DNA of 64,000 nt from Thermoplasmata archaeon (GCA_020696365.1 JAEHCM010000002.1:18751-82750); one strand, 5' to 3'; positions 40,178-50,346 are shown, counted from the stretch's first letter. Notes: generated from the letters alone by a model not told the origin. A program made the numbers and translations.

Positions 40178-40756
40178 TCAGGACCGCCCCCGAGATTCGC
40201 CACGGACCATCGCCGCCGACACGATATGGGCGATCCTAACGGGCTCCGGCACGGCCCCTCTTACCGTGGACATGACGACGAGCTCTTGGAAGCCTCGCCA
40301 ATCGAGACCTACACCGCAGGCATAGAGAGGCTTGTGGGCCGTCTCTATCTGCCGAAGGTCCAGCTTGGCCATGAGGTCGTACCGTCGCTGCCAGTCGTCG
40401 AAATGCTTCCTGAGGGCGGCACCGATCTCGTCCATGTTCGGCCGGTCTCGTGTAAGCGTGAGAACGGGTAGGCCTGTTTCTTCGTGTACCCTCTCGATGT
40501 CGACGACATTGAACCCGGCAAGGGCGATACCGTCAATCATGATGGCCTTGATCTGCTCCCTATACCTCGATCCTGACGTCATCTGGACGATGCGGTCCGT
40601 TGAATCCGTACCGTCCACCTCCACCGTCGTCTTCATCACGGCCTCGAGGTAGTTCGGAGCCCTCACAAGCGCCCCGACAACGAGCGATTCCTTGTCTCCG
40701 AAGCGGAACGGGGAATCGTCGATGCCCAGTATTCGGACCTGTGACTTCATGACCAT
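40178..40756 (-). CDS. DUF99 / UPF0215 family protein (endonuclease-V-like fold)
   Basis: VRILGIDDSPF... N-terminus typical of archaeal DUF99. Confidence 0.75.
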   Translation of the reverse strand: MVMKSQVRILGIDDSPFRFGDKESLVVGALVRAPNYLEAVMKTTVEVDGTDSTDRIVQMTSGSRYREQIKAIMIDGIALAGFNVVDIERVHEETGLPVLTLTRDRPNMDEIGAALRKHFDDWQRRYDLMAKLDLRQIETAHKPLYACGVGLDWRGFQELVVMSTVRGAVPEPVRIAHIVSAAMVRGESRGRS

Positions 40757-40757
40757 C

Positions 40758-41132
40758 TCACATCAGCGGCAAGGACCCGGTCACTGGGTCGATGCTACCT
40801 GCGGGTGCGGGGCCGATGCCTAGGCACGTGGTCGTCTCCGGCGGCAGCTCCGTCAGGCCGGCGTCCGTTATCAACGCTCTGGGCAGGCCCGCCCGAGCGG
40901 CCTTCGCCTCCAGGGTCCTAAGCTCCTCCAGGTCGTCCGCCCTGAGGACCACCTTCCGCTGGCCCTCTCTGTACCACTTGGCGAACCAATCGGCCTTCTT
41001 AGACTTGGCAGAGATGGCACAGGAGACGGCGGCGTGCGCGACCTGGACTGCCATCTTGCCAGGGGTCATGTGGAGGTCGTCCCTGATGACCACCACGAGC
41101 TTGTAATCCATCGAACCCTTAGCGCGAGCCAT
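40758..41132 (-). CDS. pth2: Peptidyl-tRNA hydrolase, archaeal Pth2 type
   Basis: YKLVVVIRDDLHMTPGKMAVQVAHAAV. ATG at 41132 is preceded by GAGGAGG. Confidence 0.88.
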   Translation of the reverse strand: MARAKGSMDYKLVVVIRDDLHMTPGKMAVQVAHAAVSCAISAKSKKADWFAKWYREGQRKVVLRADDLEELRTLEAKAARAGLPRALITDAGLTELPPETTTCLGIGPAPAGSIDPVTGSLPLM

Positions 41133-41703
41133 CGGCATCATCCTCCTCACGTAGGGCGTCCAGCTCGGAGTTTATCTTGCCTACGAACTCCTTGGCCTCG
41201 GCTATCCTCTTGCGATAGTAATCCTTTCTGCTGTCGCTAGCGCTCTCGATCCTATTCGAGCAACGCTCCATCTCGCTGAGCCACCGCTCCCTCTCGAGCG
41301 CCAGCCTGGACGCCCTGTGCTCGTTCGAGTGGCCAGGCAGGCGCATCCCCCCCACGGTCCTCGGAGGAGGGTTGCGGTAAAGGGAGGGGTGCAGGAAGCC
41401 CATAGAAGGATACGCCCCTCGGAGCCAACCGCCGACGAAGAAGACGACGGTGACGGACCCCAAGGACAACCACAGCCATACACCGGTCACGTAACCCTGC
41501 TCCTCGGTGCTGATGGCGTCGAGGGCGAACCCGACGATGATGGCGATCACTATGCTTAGACCCATACCGAGGGCGACCCGGTACACGATGTCGTATTCGG
41601 GGTCGAGCTCGCCCTTTCTCGGGAACAGGAGAGAGACGAAAGTGTACCCTGGTACGAAGAAGATGATCGCTGTACCCGCAAGTATCTGAATCGTGCTGCT
41701 CAT
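41119..41703 (-). CDS. Membrane protein with a C-terminal coiled coil (DUF1616-like N-terminus?)
   Basis: Four hydrophobic segments followed by a charged helical tail (RLALERERWLSEMERC...). Confidence 0.55.
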   Translation of the reverse strand: MSSTIQILAGTAIIFFVPGYTFVSLLFPRKGELDPEYDIVYRVALGMGLSIVIAIIVGFALDAISTEEQGYVTGVWLWLSLGSVTVVFFVGGWLRGAYPSMGFLHPSLYRNPPPRTVGGMRLPGHSNEHRASRLALERERWLSEMERCSNRIESASDSRKDYYRKRIAEAKEFVGKINSELDALREEDDADGSR

Positions 41704-41828
41704 CTGGCTCTGGCCACAAGCAGAAGTGAGACCGTATATAATTGTTTTCAGGAGGCCTACGGAGGCGATACGGTCCGGCTACTCGCTCCAATAGGCCTAA
41801 TAACCACTCGGACGTTACATCCGATTGT

Positions 41829-43781
41829 ATGTTCGAGCTGAAGGAGCGCGACGGCCTTGCCAGGATGTGCGAGCTGAAGACGAAGCACGGAACCGTGAGA
41901 ACACCAGCGCTGCTACCGGTCGTCAACCCGAACCAGATCACGATCGAACCCGCGGAGATGCGCGAGAGGTTCGGTGTCGAGATCCTCATCACGAACTCAT
42001 ACATCATTTGGAACGACCCTAGGCTGAGGGAGCGGGTCCAGAGCTCGGACGTCCACTCGCTTCTGAACTTCGACGGGCCCATAATGACGGACAGCGGGTC
42101 CTTCCAGAACTACGTGTACGGCGATGTCGAGGTCGACCACAAAGAGATCGTCGCGTTCCAGAGCCAGATCGGCTCGGACATCGGAACCATCCTCGACGTG
42201 TTCTCGGAACCCGATTTTAGTGAGGAGCAGGCGACGGATGCGGTTAACGACACGCTTGCGAGGGGGAAGGACTCCGTCGACCAGAAGGGGGAGATGCTAC
42301 TCGCGGGGACCGTTCAGGGAGGTGTGTTCCCTCATCTTAGGGAACGCTGCGCCAAGGAGCTGTCGGCCATGGACTTCGACCTCCACCCGATAGGCGGAGT
42401 GGTACCCATCATGGAGGGCTACAGGTACAGCACGCTCGTCGATGTCGTCATGGCCTCGAAGAAGGGGCTCGACCCGTCCCGGCCTGTGCATCTATTCGGA
42501 GCAGGGCATCCGATGATGTTCCCGCTCGCAGTCCTCATGGGATGCGACATGTTCGACTCCGCAGCGTACGCGAAGTACGCCAGGGATGAGAGGATCATGT
42601 ATCCCACCGGCACGAGGTTCCTGAGGGACCTCCACGACTTGGCATGCTCTTGTCCTGCTTGCGTGAAGACGTCGGTGGACGACCTCAAGGACATGGAGAA
42701 GGGCGAGCGGACGCGACGGATCGCGGAACACAACCTGCATGTGAGCCTGCTTGAGCTCAAGAAGGTCAAGAACGCCATCCACGAAGGTTCGATTTGGGAG
42801 ATGGTGGAGATGAGGGCCAGGGCCCATCCGGCGCTACTCGAAGCGCTCAAGACGCTGGTCGCCCACAAAGACCATCTCGAGAGGTTCGAACCGGTCAGCA
42901 GGAGAGGGGCGTTCTTCTACTGCGGCCCGGAAAGCTACGAGCGGCCGACAGTTGCGAGGTACCGCGAGAGGTTCTTCTCCAGATATCGCAGGCCGGACAC
43001 GAAGGTGCTCGTCGGGTTCGAGGATGCGGATAAGCCCTACTCGAGGACTTACTCGAAGGAGATATCCGCCATCTCGAAGAATGTAGACGCCAGCTTTCTC
43101 GTCGCATCCTTCTTCGGCCCTGTCCCGATAGAACTCGACCACATGTTCCCTATCGCGCAGTCCGTCATCCCGAAGAACCTAGACCCCGAGGTCATGCGCA
43201 GGATGATGGACGTCATGGAACGGCACGCTCACGTCCATGGTTATCCTCTTGCGGTGATGTGGGATGGCGAGGAGACGCTGAGCTTCCTCAAGGACATCGC
43301 TCCTGGAAGCGGAGAGCTAGACTCGGACGTGATGGTGTGTAGAGCGGTCCTCGACATGCAGTTCGGAAAGGGTGCCGGCGACATCCTTGCCGGCAGGAAG
43401 ATCGAGTTCGTGAAGTCGAGGAACACCGGGAGGATACGCAACGTCGTGATAGATGGCGCGCATGCGCTCTCCATGAGGGCGCACGACGGCATGTTCACCC
43501 TCAAGCCGGATGGAGCGAGACTGCTCATGAAGGCCCTTCCCCCGCCCAAGATGAGGGTCGTCGTGGAGGACGAGCCCGCGGAGTTCTCCAGGAAGGGGAT
43601 GAACGTGTTCGCGAAGTTCGTGGTCGACTGCGATGAGGAGATAAGGCCTGGTGACGACGCGATGGTCGTTGACACCAAGGGGGAGCTCGCAGCAGTCGGA
43701 AGAGCGCTCATGAACAGGGAGGAGATGCTGGCGTTCAGGCGCGGCATCGCAGTCCGGGTGAAGAGCACGCCCGAGGACTGA
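41829..43781 (+). CDS. tgtA: Archaeosine tRNA-guanine transglycosylase with C-terminal PUA region
   Basis: MFELKERDGLARMCELKTKHGTVRTPALLPVVNP, DSGSFQ, zinc motif CSCPAC; 650 aa from ATG 41829. Confidence 0.9.
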   Translation: MFELKERDGLARMCELKTKHGTVRTPALLPVVNPNQITIEPAEMRERFGVEILITNSYIIWNDPRLRERVQSSDVHSLLNFDGPIMTDSGSFQNYVYGDVEVDHKEIVAFQSQIGSDIGTILDVFSEPDFSEEQATDAVNDTLARGKDSVDQKGEMLLAGTVQGGVFPHLRERCAKELSAMDFDLHPIGGVVPIMEGYRYSTLVDVVMASKKGLDPSRPVHLFGAGHPMMFPLAVLMGCDMFDSAAYAKYARDERIMYPTGTRFLRDLHDLACSCPACVKTSVDDLKDMEKGERTRRIAEHNLHVSLLELKKVKNAIHEGSIWEMVEMRARAHPALLEALKTLVAHKDHLERFEPVSRRGAFFYCGPESYERPTVARYRERFFSRYRRPDTKVLVGFEDADKPYSRTYSKEISAISKNVDASFLVASFFGPVPIELDHMFPIAQSVIPKNLDPEVMRRMMDVMERHAHVHGYPLAVMWDGEETLSFLKDIAPGSGELDSDVMVCRAVLDMQFGKGAGDILAGRKIEFVKSRNTGRIRNVVIDGAHALSMRAHDGMFTLKPDGARLLMKALPPPKMRVVVEDEPAEFSRKGMNVFAKFVVDCDEEIRPGDDAMVVDTKGELAAVGRALMNREEMLAFRRGIAVRVKSTPED

Positions 43782-43787
43782 ACCTAA

Positions 43788-44027
43788 TCATTTCTTCGAG
43801 ACTATCTTCTCGGCGACGGACACGCACGACAGAAAATCATCCAGCGTGTGCAGGAGGCTCTTGAGCGTGGACGCATTGATGACCGCAACGATGGAGTCGT
43901 CCTCCTGCTTCGCATCGACATACCCGCTATTGTCCTGCTCCACCGCGTGGAAGACCTTGCCCGCACTGTCCGATGAGGGGAAGCGCAGCACTATCTCGCA
44001 GGTCACCCTGTTTTCCTCGACCGTCAT
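43788..44027 (-). CDS. pcc1: KEOPS subunit Pcc1-like protein
   Basis: 79 aa. The pattern CEIVLRFPSSDSAGKVFHAV...IVAVINASTLKSLLHTLDDFL fits the Pcc1 family layout. Confidence 0.55.
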   Translation of the reverse strand: MTVEENRVTCEIVLRFPSSDSAGKVFHAVEQDNSGYVDAKQEDDSIVAVINASTLKSLLHTLDDFLSCVSVAEKIVSKK

Positions 44028-44102
44028 GCTGAGGCTGTATGTCCGGGTGCAATCAAAATACTTGGGAGTCGCTACGTGCTATTCGACGTCGGGGGTATTC
44101 GA

Positions 44103-44621
44103 ATGGATGTCAAGGAATGCATCGAAGGAAGGACGAGCGTAAGGGTGTTCAAACCTGATCCTGTGACAGACGAGGTCGTAGAGGAGGGGCTCAGGATGGC
44201 TAACCTCGCACCTTCCGCTGGCAACCTGCAGGCGAGAGATTTCATCATCGTCCGGAACCACGGCGTCAAGAAGATGCTCATGGATGCCGCGTACGGACAG
44301 GACTTCGTCGAGACGGTGCCCGTGGTGGTGGTCTTCTGCGCCAACCTCGAGCGGGTATCTCATTACGGGGATAGGGGGCGGACGCTCTACTGCCTTCAGG
44401 ATGTCGCGGCGGCCATCCAGAACATGACCCTGTACCTCCACGGCAAAGGTCTTGGCAGTGTCTGGGTGGGCGCGTTCGACGAGAAGAAGGCCGCGGAGAT
44501 CCTAGGCGTCCCGGCACACATAAGGCCTGTTGCCATGCTCCCCATCGGATACCCAGCGGAGAAAGGGGTCCATAGGCAGAGGCTTCCGCTGTCCGAGCAG
44601 GTGCACAGAGAGAGATGGTAG
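44103..44621 (+). CDS. Nitroreductase-family protein
   Basis: CIEGRTSVRVFKPDPV, APSAGNLQ, and the WVGAFDE region. Confidence 0.8.
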   Translation: MDVKECIEGRTSVRVFKPDPVTDEVVEEGLRMANLAPSAGNLQARDFIIVRNHGVKKMLMDAAYGQDFVETVPVVVVFCANLERVSHYGDRGRTLYCLQDVAAAIQNMTLYLHGKGLGSVWVGAFDEKKAAEILGVPAHIRPVAMLPIGYPAEKGVHRQRLPLSEQVHRERW

Positions 44622-44624
44622 AGC

Positions 44625-44831
44625 ATGGCCAAGTGGAAGGTCGACAAACGCATGGCCATCTGGGGCGTGGCGTTCGGAGTGGTAGCCACCCTCACAGGCA
44701 CCTTTCTGCTCAAGGCTGTAGGAGGCGGGTTTCTCGCGGAAGGCTTCTTCCTGATAGTGCTGTCCTGGGTGATCCTGTTCCTCTTCGTAGCGAAGTTCGT
44801 CAACTGGTTGACAGGTAAGAAGGAGGAGTAG
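44625..44831 (+). CDS. Small membrane protein (two TM segments)
   Basis: 68 aa. It begins 3 nt after the nitroreductase stop, is hydrophobic, and ends KKEE. Its 3' end abuts tRNA(Gln). Confidence 0.45.
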   Translation: MAKWKVDKRMAIWGVAFGVVATLTGTFLLKAVGGGFLAEGFFLIVLSWVILFLFVAKFVNWLTGKKEE

Positions 44832-44901
44832 CCCCGGGAGGATTCGAACCTCCGTCACAGGCTCCAAAGGCCCGTATGATTGACCACTACACCACGGGGC
44901 T
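44829..44901 (-). tRNA. tRNA-Gln (anticodon UUG)
   Basis: The minus strand reads AGCCCCGTGGTGTAGTGGTCAATCATACGGGCCTTTGGAGCCTGTGACGGAGGTTCGAATCCTCCCGGGGCTA. Anticodon loop CTTTGGA. Confidence 0.9.
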
Positions 44902-44941
44902 ATGGCGAAGCACGCACCGGAGACATGGAGCGGCTCCGATA

Positions 44942-46183
44942 TTAACGATTTCCTGCGAGGCGGCCGATGAGGTATGTCGGTTTGGCAGAATCGATGACGA
45001 CGTCGTAGAACTTCCTCAGAGGGAGGTCGTCGACGATAACGACCAGTCTGTAATCGTCCGTGCGGAGTATGGTACTGTCATTCTTCCCGCGCTCGGTCGC
45101 GAGCGCGCGCCTCTCGGATCCGACGAGCCGCTCGTTCCTGGCAAGTGATACCTCGAACCTCGCCACTGTGAGTTCCCTGGAGCGGTCCTTCGCCTTCCAC
45201 CCGACGACCCCGCGTCCGGACCCGAACGCCTTCGTTCCAGGACGCGGCGAGTATCTCGTCACATTGACGATGTCCGGCTGAACGCGCCTTACCAGTGCGA
45301 GGTTCGCCTCGTGGTCCTCGTCGGTCTCCTCAGGATACCCGACGATCAAATCCGTCGAAAGTGTCAGCTCGGGGACGGCGGAGCGGAACGCGGAGACCAC
45401 CTTCTCGAAATCTGCTAGCGTGTAACGCCGCCCCATCTCGGAGAGCAGCCCGTCACTCGCGCTTTGCACCGGAAGATGCAGGAACTTGAACACGCGGGGT
45501 TCCGAAAACGCGCCCGGGAGACGGTTCAGGAGCGGCAGGACGCTGTTCGGGTTCATCATCCCGACCCTCATCCTGAAATCGCCCTCTACCTCGCCGATGG
45601 ACTCCATCAGCCGTACCAGGTCGGACCCGATGTCGAACCCGTACGCAGCGGAGTCTTGCGCTGTGAGACGGATCTCCAGAGGTCCTTCGCGGACTTCGTC
45701 AGCGACCTTGGCGATAATCCTCTCCGGCTGTCTACTCCTAAGGTCTCCTCTCGCAAGACGCGTGATACAATACGAGCACTCGCCTCTGCAACCCGTGGCG
45801 ATCGGCACGATCGAGAAGCCCGACACATCGCCGCCCGCCGCATCGACCGAGGGGGAACCAACGCGTCCAACCAGTTCCGCGAAGGACTCGAGGTCCCCGG
45901 GAGGGACGAACTCCGCGGAAGGCAACACCGCCTGGGCGGCCTCCCTCCGGGCAGTTGCCATACAGCCGGTCACGATGACCTTCCCGGATGAAGAGAGCGC
46001 CCTCAACCGCCTGAGCATCCTGTTCTCCGTCGCCTCGATCACGACGCATGCGACGAGGACCGAGAGATCTGCATCTCCAGGGTTGGAGGTCATGCTCCAG
46101 CCGAGGGACAGCAGGAGGTCCCTGACCTCACAAGCTTCCCCCTTATTCAAAGTGCATCCATAGGACTCGATGTATGCGCGCAT
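44942..46183 (-). CDS. MiaB-like tRNA methylthiotransferase (archaeal/CDKAL1-type)
   Basis: N-terminal YIESYGCTLNKGE, radical SAM CRGECSYCITR, C-terminal TRAM-like domain. ATG at 46183. Confidence 0.88.
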   Translation of the reverse strand: MRAYIESYGCTLNKGEACEVRDLLLSLGWSMTSNPGDADLSVLVACVVIEATENRMLRRLRALSSSGKVIVTGCMATARREAAQAVLPSAEFVPPGDLESFAELVGRVGSPSVDAAGGDVSGFSIVPIATGCRGECSYCITRLARGDLRSRQPERIIAKVADEVREGPLEIRLTAQDSAAYGFDIGSDLVRLMESIGEVEGDFRMRVGMMNPNSVLPLLNRLPGAFSEPRVFKFLHLPVQSASDGLLSEMGRRYTLADFEKVVSAFRSAVPELTLSTDLIVGYPEETDEDHEANLALVRRVQPDIVNVTRYSPRPGTKAFGSGRGVVGWKAKDRSRELTVARFEVSLARNERLVGSERRALATERGKNDSTILRTDDYRLVVIVDDLPLRKFYDVVIDSAKPTYLIGRLAGNR

Positions 46184-46314
46184 CCGAGCCTCCAACGCTG
46201 CGGACCGTAATACTGTTTTCCGCCACGAGAAGGTAGACAATCCCGCCTTAGACGGCCTGATACCATGGTGGATAGGTTCATATTCGCGCACATCAGTCAA
46301 CGTGCCCGAGAAAC

Positions 46315-46527
46315 ATGTCCTCCATGAAGCAGGCGAAGAGGTACTCCTCCCAGGTCAACAACTACGAGCATTCGGCTAAGAGACGCGCCAAGGCGGCGAA
46401 GCTCAGGGCGAAGGCCGCCAAGCTGCGGGAGCAGGTAGCCAAACACGACGCTAAGATCAGGAAGCTGCAGCGGAAGATCGCGGATCTTGAGAGACGCGCT
46501 GCGCAGATGGCAGGAGACTCGGCCTGA
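46315..46527 (+). CDS. Small basic coiled-coil protein
   Basis: 70 aa with an AKAAKLR heptad duplication. Backbone-like GC3 bias. No homolog recognised. Confidence 0.4.
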   Translation: MSSMKQAKRYSSQVNNYEHSAKRRAKAAKLRAKAAKLREQVAKHDAKIRKLQRKIADLERRAAQMAGDSA

Positions 46528-46613
46528 GCCTGCGTCGCCAGGAACGCGAACATATATATACGTTGTACAAGATATTGTCAGACGATCGTCATACGACGGG
46601 ATGGGGTACTATA

Positions 46614-46934
46614 ATGATGAGGAGATCGGCTGTTCCCCTCGCGATAAACAGCATGGACCACTCGGGTCAGAACGTGATGGGAAGGACGAGGAAGCTCAAG
46701 GTTTCTGGAGCGGACGTCGAGAGTCAGAAGTTCCTAGGCAAGCTCGCAGAGAACAGGATGAGGATCGAGAAGATCGAAAGGGATGTCTGGCAGTGTTCGG
46801 ATGTGGACTGTGCGGACATCGTTGAGGAGATCGAGTTCCTCAGGGCGAACATAGAGATCGACCTGGTCGAGATTGCCGGAGAGCTGGAGGAGATCCGAAG
46901 CTCCGAGGAGATCCTCGCAGAAGTCATGGCGTGA
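46614..46934 (+). CDS. Hypothetical acidic protein
   Basis: ATGATG lies downstream of a TATATATA stretch (46549-46560). Helical acidic C-terminus. Confidence 0.4.
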   Translation: MMRRSAVPLAINSMDHSGQNVMGRTRKLKVSGADVESQKFLGKLAENRMRIEKIERDVWQCSDVDCADIVEEIEFLRANIEIDLVEIAGELEEIRSSEEILAEVMA

Positions 46935-47104
46935 GACGTCCGAGGCAGTGCGGCTGAATCCATCCGGATCACGAAACCCCTTCGACAGCCTTCTACCATT
47001 CTGATAGTCCCATCACAGCGTCATCGTTCTCGACCGGTCCGACGAACCCTTAAGTGTGACATCGTCTCTCCCACCCCACGTCTAAGAGGAAACGGGTGAG
47101 AAGT

Positions 47105-48070
47105 ATGAAGACGACCAAACCTGTAAGGCTGACAAAGGGCGCAACGATAGGAATAGCCTCACCTTCGAGCTTCTCCGAGCCTTTCGGACTCGGACAGGGA
47201 GTCAAGTACCTGCGTGAGCTCGGCTACAAGGTAGTGCTCGGAGAATGCACGCGTAACCTCACGCGGTCGGGCTTCACGGCCGGCAAGGACGAAGCGCGCG
47301 CGAAGGAACTCACGGGCATGTTCGCAAACGACAAGGTCGACGCGATCTTCGCCTCGAGAGGGGGCTACGGTGCGATGCGGGTGCTCCCTCATCTCGACTT
47401 CGGGGTGATCAAGGACAACCCGAAGATATTCATGGGCTACAGCGACATCACGACCCTTCACGTCGCGATACACCAGAGGACTGGCCTCGTGACGTTCCAC
47501 GGGCCCTCCATCGAAGGATATGCGGGCGACAATCCTGAGAAGGACTTGCCGACCGGGAAGCCGAACATAGATAGGGCGCTGAAGATGTTGAGCAAGGCAG
47601 AACCATGGGGGAACCTGGAGAACCCAGACAAGGGCATGCTGCTCAGAACCATCGTCCCGGGGAAAGCCAAGGGCAAGTTGTTCGGAGGGAACCTCTCGAT
47701 GATCACGCACACCTTCGGAACGGAGGATTCCATCGACACTAAGGGCAAGATCATGTTCTTCGAGGACGTGTACGTCTCGGAGTACGACGTAGAGAGGCTG
47801 CTCACCCACATGCATCTAGCGCGCAAGTTCGACGGGGTCGCGGGTATTGTGATGGGACAGTTCTCGAATTTCCCGAAGCGAGAGGACTCACAGCCTAGCC
47901 TGGAGGAGATTCTCCAGGACAGGATCGGCTGCCTCAAGAAGACGCCTTCGTTCACCGGCCTCTGCTGCGGCCACGGCGCCATGAAGCTCGTAATGCCAGA
48001 GGGTGTCAAGGCATCGATGAACGCGACCTCACCTGTACTGAGGATAGAGGAGAGCCCGCTCGTCAAGTAA
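47105..48070 (+). CDS. LD-carboxypeptidase (peptidase S66, MccF-like)
   Basis: IGIASPSS, GYSDITTLH (nucleophile Ser), and a C-terminal H/E region. Confidence 0.85.
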   Translation: MKTTKPVRLTKGATIGIASPSSFSEPFGLGQGVKYLRELGYKVVLGECTRNLTRSGFTAGKDEARAKELTGMFANDKVDAIFASRGGYGAMRVLPHLDFGVIKDNPKIFMGYSDITTLHVAIHQRTGLVTFHGPSIEGYAGDNPEKDLPTGKPNIDRALKMLSKAEPWGNLENPDKGMLLRTIVPGKAKGKLFGGNLSMITHTFGTEDSIDTKGKIMFFEDVYVSEYDVERLLTHMHLARKFDGVAGIVMGQFSNFPKREDSQPSLEEILQDRIGCLKKTPSFTGLCCGHGAMKLVMPEGVKASMNATSPVLRIEESPLVK

Positions 48071-48142
48071 CGACGCCGAGACGGTGCGTCCGAAAACACA
48101 CATGAAAGATGGGGCGAGCGACTCAGACGTCACATATTGCCT

Positions 48143-48164
48143 CGACAGAAACATATTTCTGTCG
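48143..48164. repeat. Perfect hairpin: 9-bp stem, 4-nt loop (CGACAGAAA CATA TTTCTGTCG)
   Basis: Read directly. It lies 73 nt after the LD-carboxypeptidase stop and about 100 nt before repeat copy A. Confidence 0.7.
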
Positions 48165-48265
48165 GCTACCTCCCTGTTTATGTCGACTGCCTGGTCCATC
48201 CAGTCTTTTTCTACCTCTTCTGTTTATTCCCGATGCCAAAGAACACCACTTAGAGTCTTGATTCC

Positions 48266-48288
48266 CTCAGAAAAGGCCTTAGGGGCGG
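48266..48288 (+). repeat. Cassette-boundary repeat, copy A (CTCAGAAAAGGCCTTAGGGGCGG)
   Basis: Matches the consensus CTGAGAAAAGGCCATAGGGGCGG. The upstream TCTTGATT is shared with copy D0. Confidence 0.75.
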
Positions 48289-48512
48289 GAAAATGAAGGA
48301 GGTTTGCGCCGAGCCGTCAATCCCTGCTGATTGACTCTTCCGCTTACTTTGCTGGCTGTCAACCGACAGTCTCCGAACGACCATCTCTTTTATTGTCCGA
48401 CCTTCCAGCGGGAGCGCCGACCAGATTGAACGTAAAACACGCAACCACATGAGCGAAAGAAGAAGAATGAACGAGAAAGGGTTTTTTCCTAGATCTTGTC
48501 GTCGCCCTCGGC

Positions 48513-50114
48513 TCATTCGGCATGTGGTTCTGGCAAGGGCTCCGGCGTCTTCGGCTTCCTGCCCATGACCATCATGACGATGAGAAGGACGATTACGACC
48601 ATCAGGAGTCCAATTACGGCGTACAACATCGAATCTAGGGAGTCCAGCTGAGACTGAAGGGCGTTCAACTCGCTCTCAAGCGTTGCAGTCTCCTCCAGGA
48701 GGGCCGCCTTTGTCGCATTGATATCGGAACTCATGGCATCCAACTGCGCTAGAACGTCGAACAGCTGTGCCTCTAGATCCGCGACATGCTCTTCCAATGT
48801 GGGAGCGTCAACAACGGTTAACAATAACTCCTGAACTGGCAGTTCCACCCCGCCTGAGGCCGTATTTGTGTACCATCGCACAACAACACTGTATGTCCCT
48901 GGCTCGGCGGTCACAGGCACCTCCAGCTCAATCGCAATGGTCGAGTAAGGTGCGGAAATCCATGCGTTCACTGGATTAATCGGAATCTCCTCCGGGGAGA
49001 CGAAATACGCATAGTAATCCGAGCTCGTTACCGTCCCCCTGTTGGCAAAATCGACGGTCAGCGTGACTGTGACACTATCGCCGGCACGCACCTCAGACTC
49101 GGAAAGCGATGAGGTCAGCTCCATCACAAGCAACGCGAGAACCTGAGGGGACACATCGGTGTTGTTGTTTCCTCCGAAGGCGTAAACCACCCCGTCCGCC
49201 GAAGCTGCTGCACCCAGGTATCTCACGCCAACTGGAATATCGTCCAGTTGGGTCCAATCACCTGTTGAGGGATTGAAACAGTATGACGTGTTGTATCCCC
49301 ACTCGACGTTGTTCGCGGAGTTAGCGCCGCCGATAACGTAGATCAAGCCATCGGGACCGACGACGGCAGCGTGGGCCGCCGTCGGAACGGGCATCGGGTC
49401 AATCGTGCTCCAGGAGTCGGAATAACTATAGTATGTGTACACTGAATCCACGGCTGCGTATCCAGGTTCCGAACCGCCGATGTAGTAGCAGGAGTAACCC
49501 ACCTGCAGAAGGGCTCCGGCAAATACGGCACCTGGGAGACTACCTCCGGCTGACCAGCTGTCGTCGACGATGTCGTATATCTGTGTGTTGGTGAGTGCGC
49601 CCTCTCCGCCGACAACGATTATCTCACCTGACTCCAAACTAGTGGCCTTGGCCTCCCATACGCCCAGAGGAACAGCAGCGCCAGAGGTCCAGATATCTGT
49701 TTCAGGGTCGTATATCTGCGTGACATTGTTCGTGGAGGCGCTTGAGTTCGCTCCGCCGAAAACGTAGATCCTCCCATCGTCTCCCAGGGCACCCGCGGCC
49801 CCTCTGACACCGTACGGCATCTGAGCCAGATCGGTCCATTCCCCCGTGCTCGGGTTGAATGATTCGACATTGTCGACCACCGGTCCGTAGTTGCCGCCTG
49901 ACATGCTTCTGACTCCACCCATGATGTAGACGATCCCATTATCGTCCTGCAGGACCACCGCCTGGGTCCGGTTGCCTCTCATTGGGTCCTCGACCTGCCA
50001 GTCCGAAGAAAACGCAGCACTCGCCGAAGGAGACATGGACGTCAGGGCACACAATACCAGCGAGACCACTATGCATAAGGCAAGTCCGCTGACAACTCTA
50101 TTCTTCACTATCAT
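48513..50114 (-). CDS. Kelch-repeat surface protein (signal/TM, beta-propeller, Ig-like region, coiled coil, C-terminal TM anchor)
   Basis: Repeated ...IYV(F/I)GG... / W(T/S) blades, a C-terminal LEAQL...LESELNALQSQL coiled coil, then a hydrophobic anchor. ATG at 50114 lies after GGAGTGG. Confidence 0.75.
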   Translation of the reverse strand: MIVKNRVVSGLALCIVVSLVLCALTSMSPSASAAFSSDWQVEDPMRGNRTQAVVLQDDNGIVYIMGGVRSMSGGNYGPVVDNVESFNPSTGEWTDLAQMPYGVRGAAGALGDDGRIYVFGGANSSASTNNVTQIYDPETDIWTSGAAVPLGVWEAKATSLESGEIIVVGGEGALTNTQIYDIVDDSWSAGGSLPGAVFAGALLQVGYSCYYIGGSEPGYAAVDSVYTYYSYSDSWSTIDPMPVPTAAHAAVVGPDGLIYVIGGANSANNVEWGYNTSYCFNPSTGDWTQLDDIPVGVRYLGAAASADGVVYAFGGNNNTDVSPQVLALLVMELTSSLSESEVRAGDSVTVTLTVDFANRGTVTSSDYYAYFVSPEEIPINPVNAWISAPYSTIAIELEVPVTAEPGTYSVVVRWYTNTASGGVELPVQELLLTVVDAPTLEEHVADLEAQLFDVLAQLDAMSSDINATKAALLEETATLESELNALQSQLDSLDSMLYAVIGLLMVVIVLLIVMMVMGRKPKTPEPLPEPHAE

Positions 50115-50346
50115 TTCAACCACTCCGATTGCACCTTTTCAGATGATCAACTGGCAAAGACAAAGCCCGCCGAATCGCCCAAGTTATCGACACGTGAGGA
50201 TAAAAGCCCTGTGGACTACCATGTGTCAAACGTTAAGGAGGATATAGGCAAGCAGGTTATCCCGCAACTCTTCATACGATCCAATAACCTGAGGTTTTTG
50301 CCTTCATGCCTATCTTTCTCACTTTGCCAAGCCAGATGATCCGCCG

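Noticed and set aside
48084-48516. ORFs 48084..48296(+) and 48250..48516(-) in the spacer between the LD-carboxypeptidase and Kelch genes. Likewise 56160..56423(-), 52200..52478(-) and 54194..54541(+).
   Set aside because: They run across the repeat copies or hairpins, lack SD/TATA context and recognisable motifs, and mostly overlap each other. They are treated as noncoding or undecidable.
50133-50160. Possible minus-oriented degenerate repeat copies flanking the reversed Kelch gene. Minus strand 50155..50133 reads CTGAAAAGGTGCAATCGGAGTGG. The minus strand around 48199-48215 reads GGTAGAAAAAGACTGGA.
   Set aside because: The match to the consensus is weak (roughly two thirds, and it needs a gap). 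The first candidate overlaps the Kelch gene's Shine-Dalgarno region. It cannot be distinguished from chance by eye.
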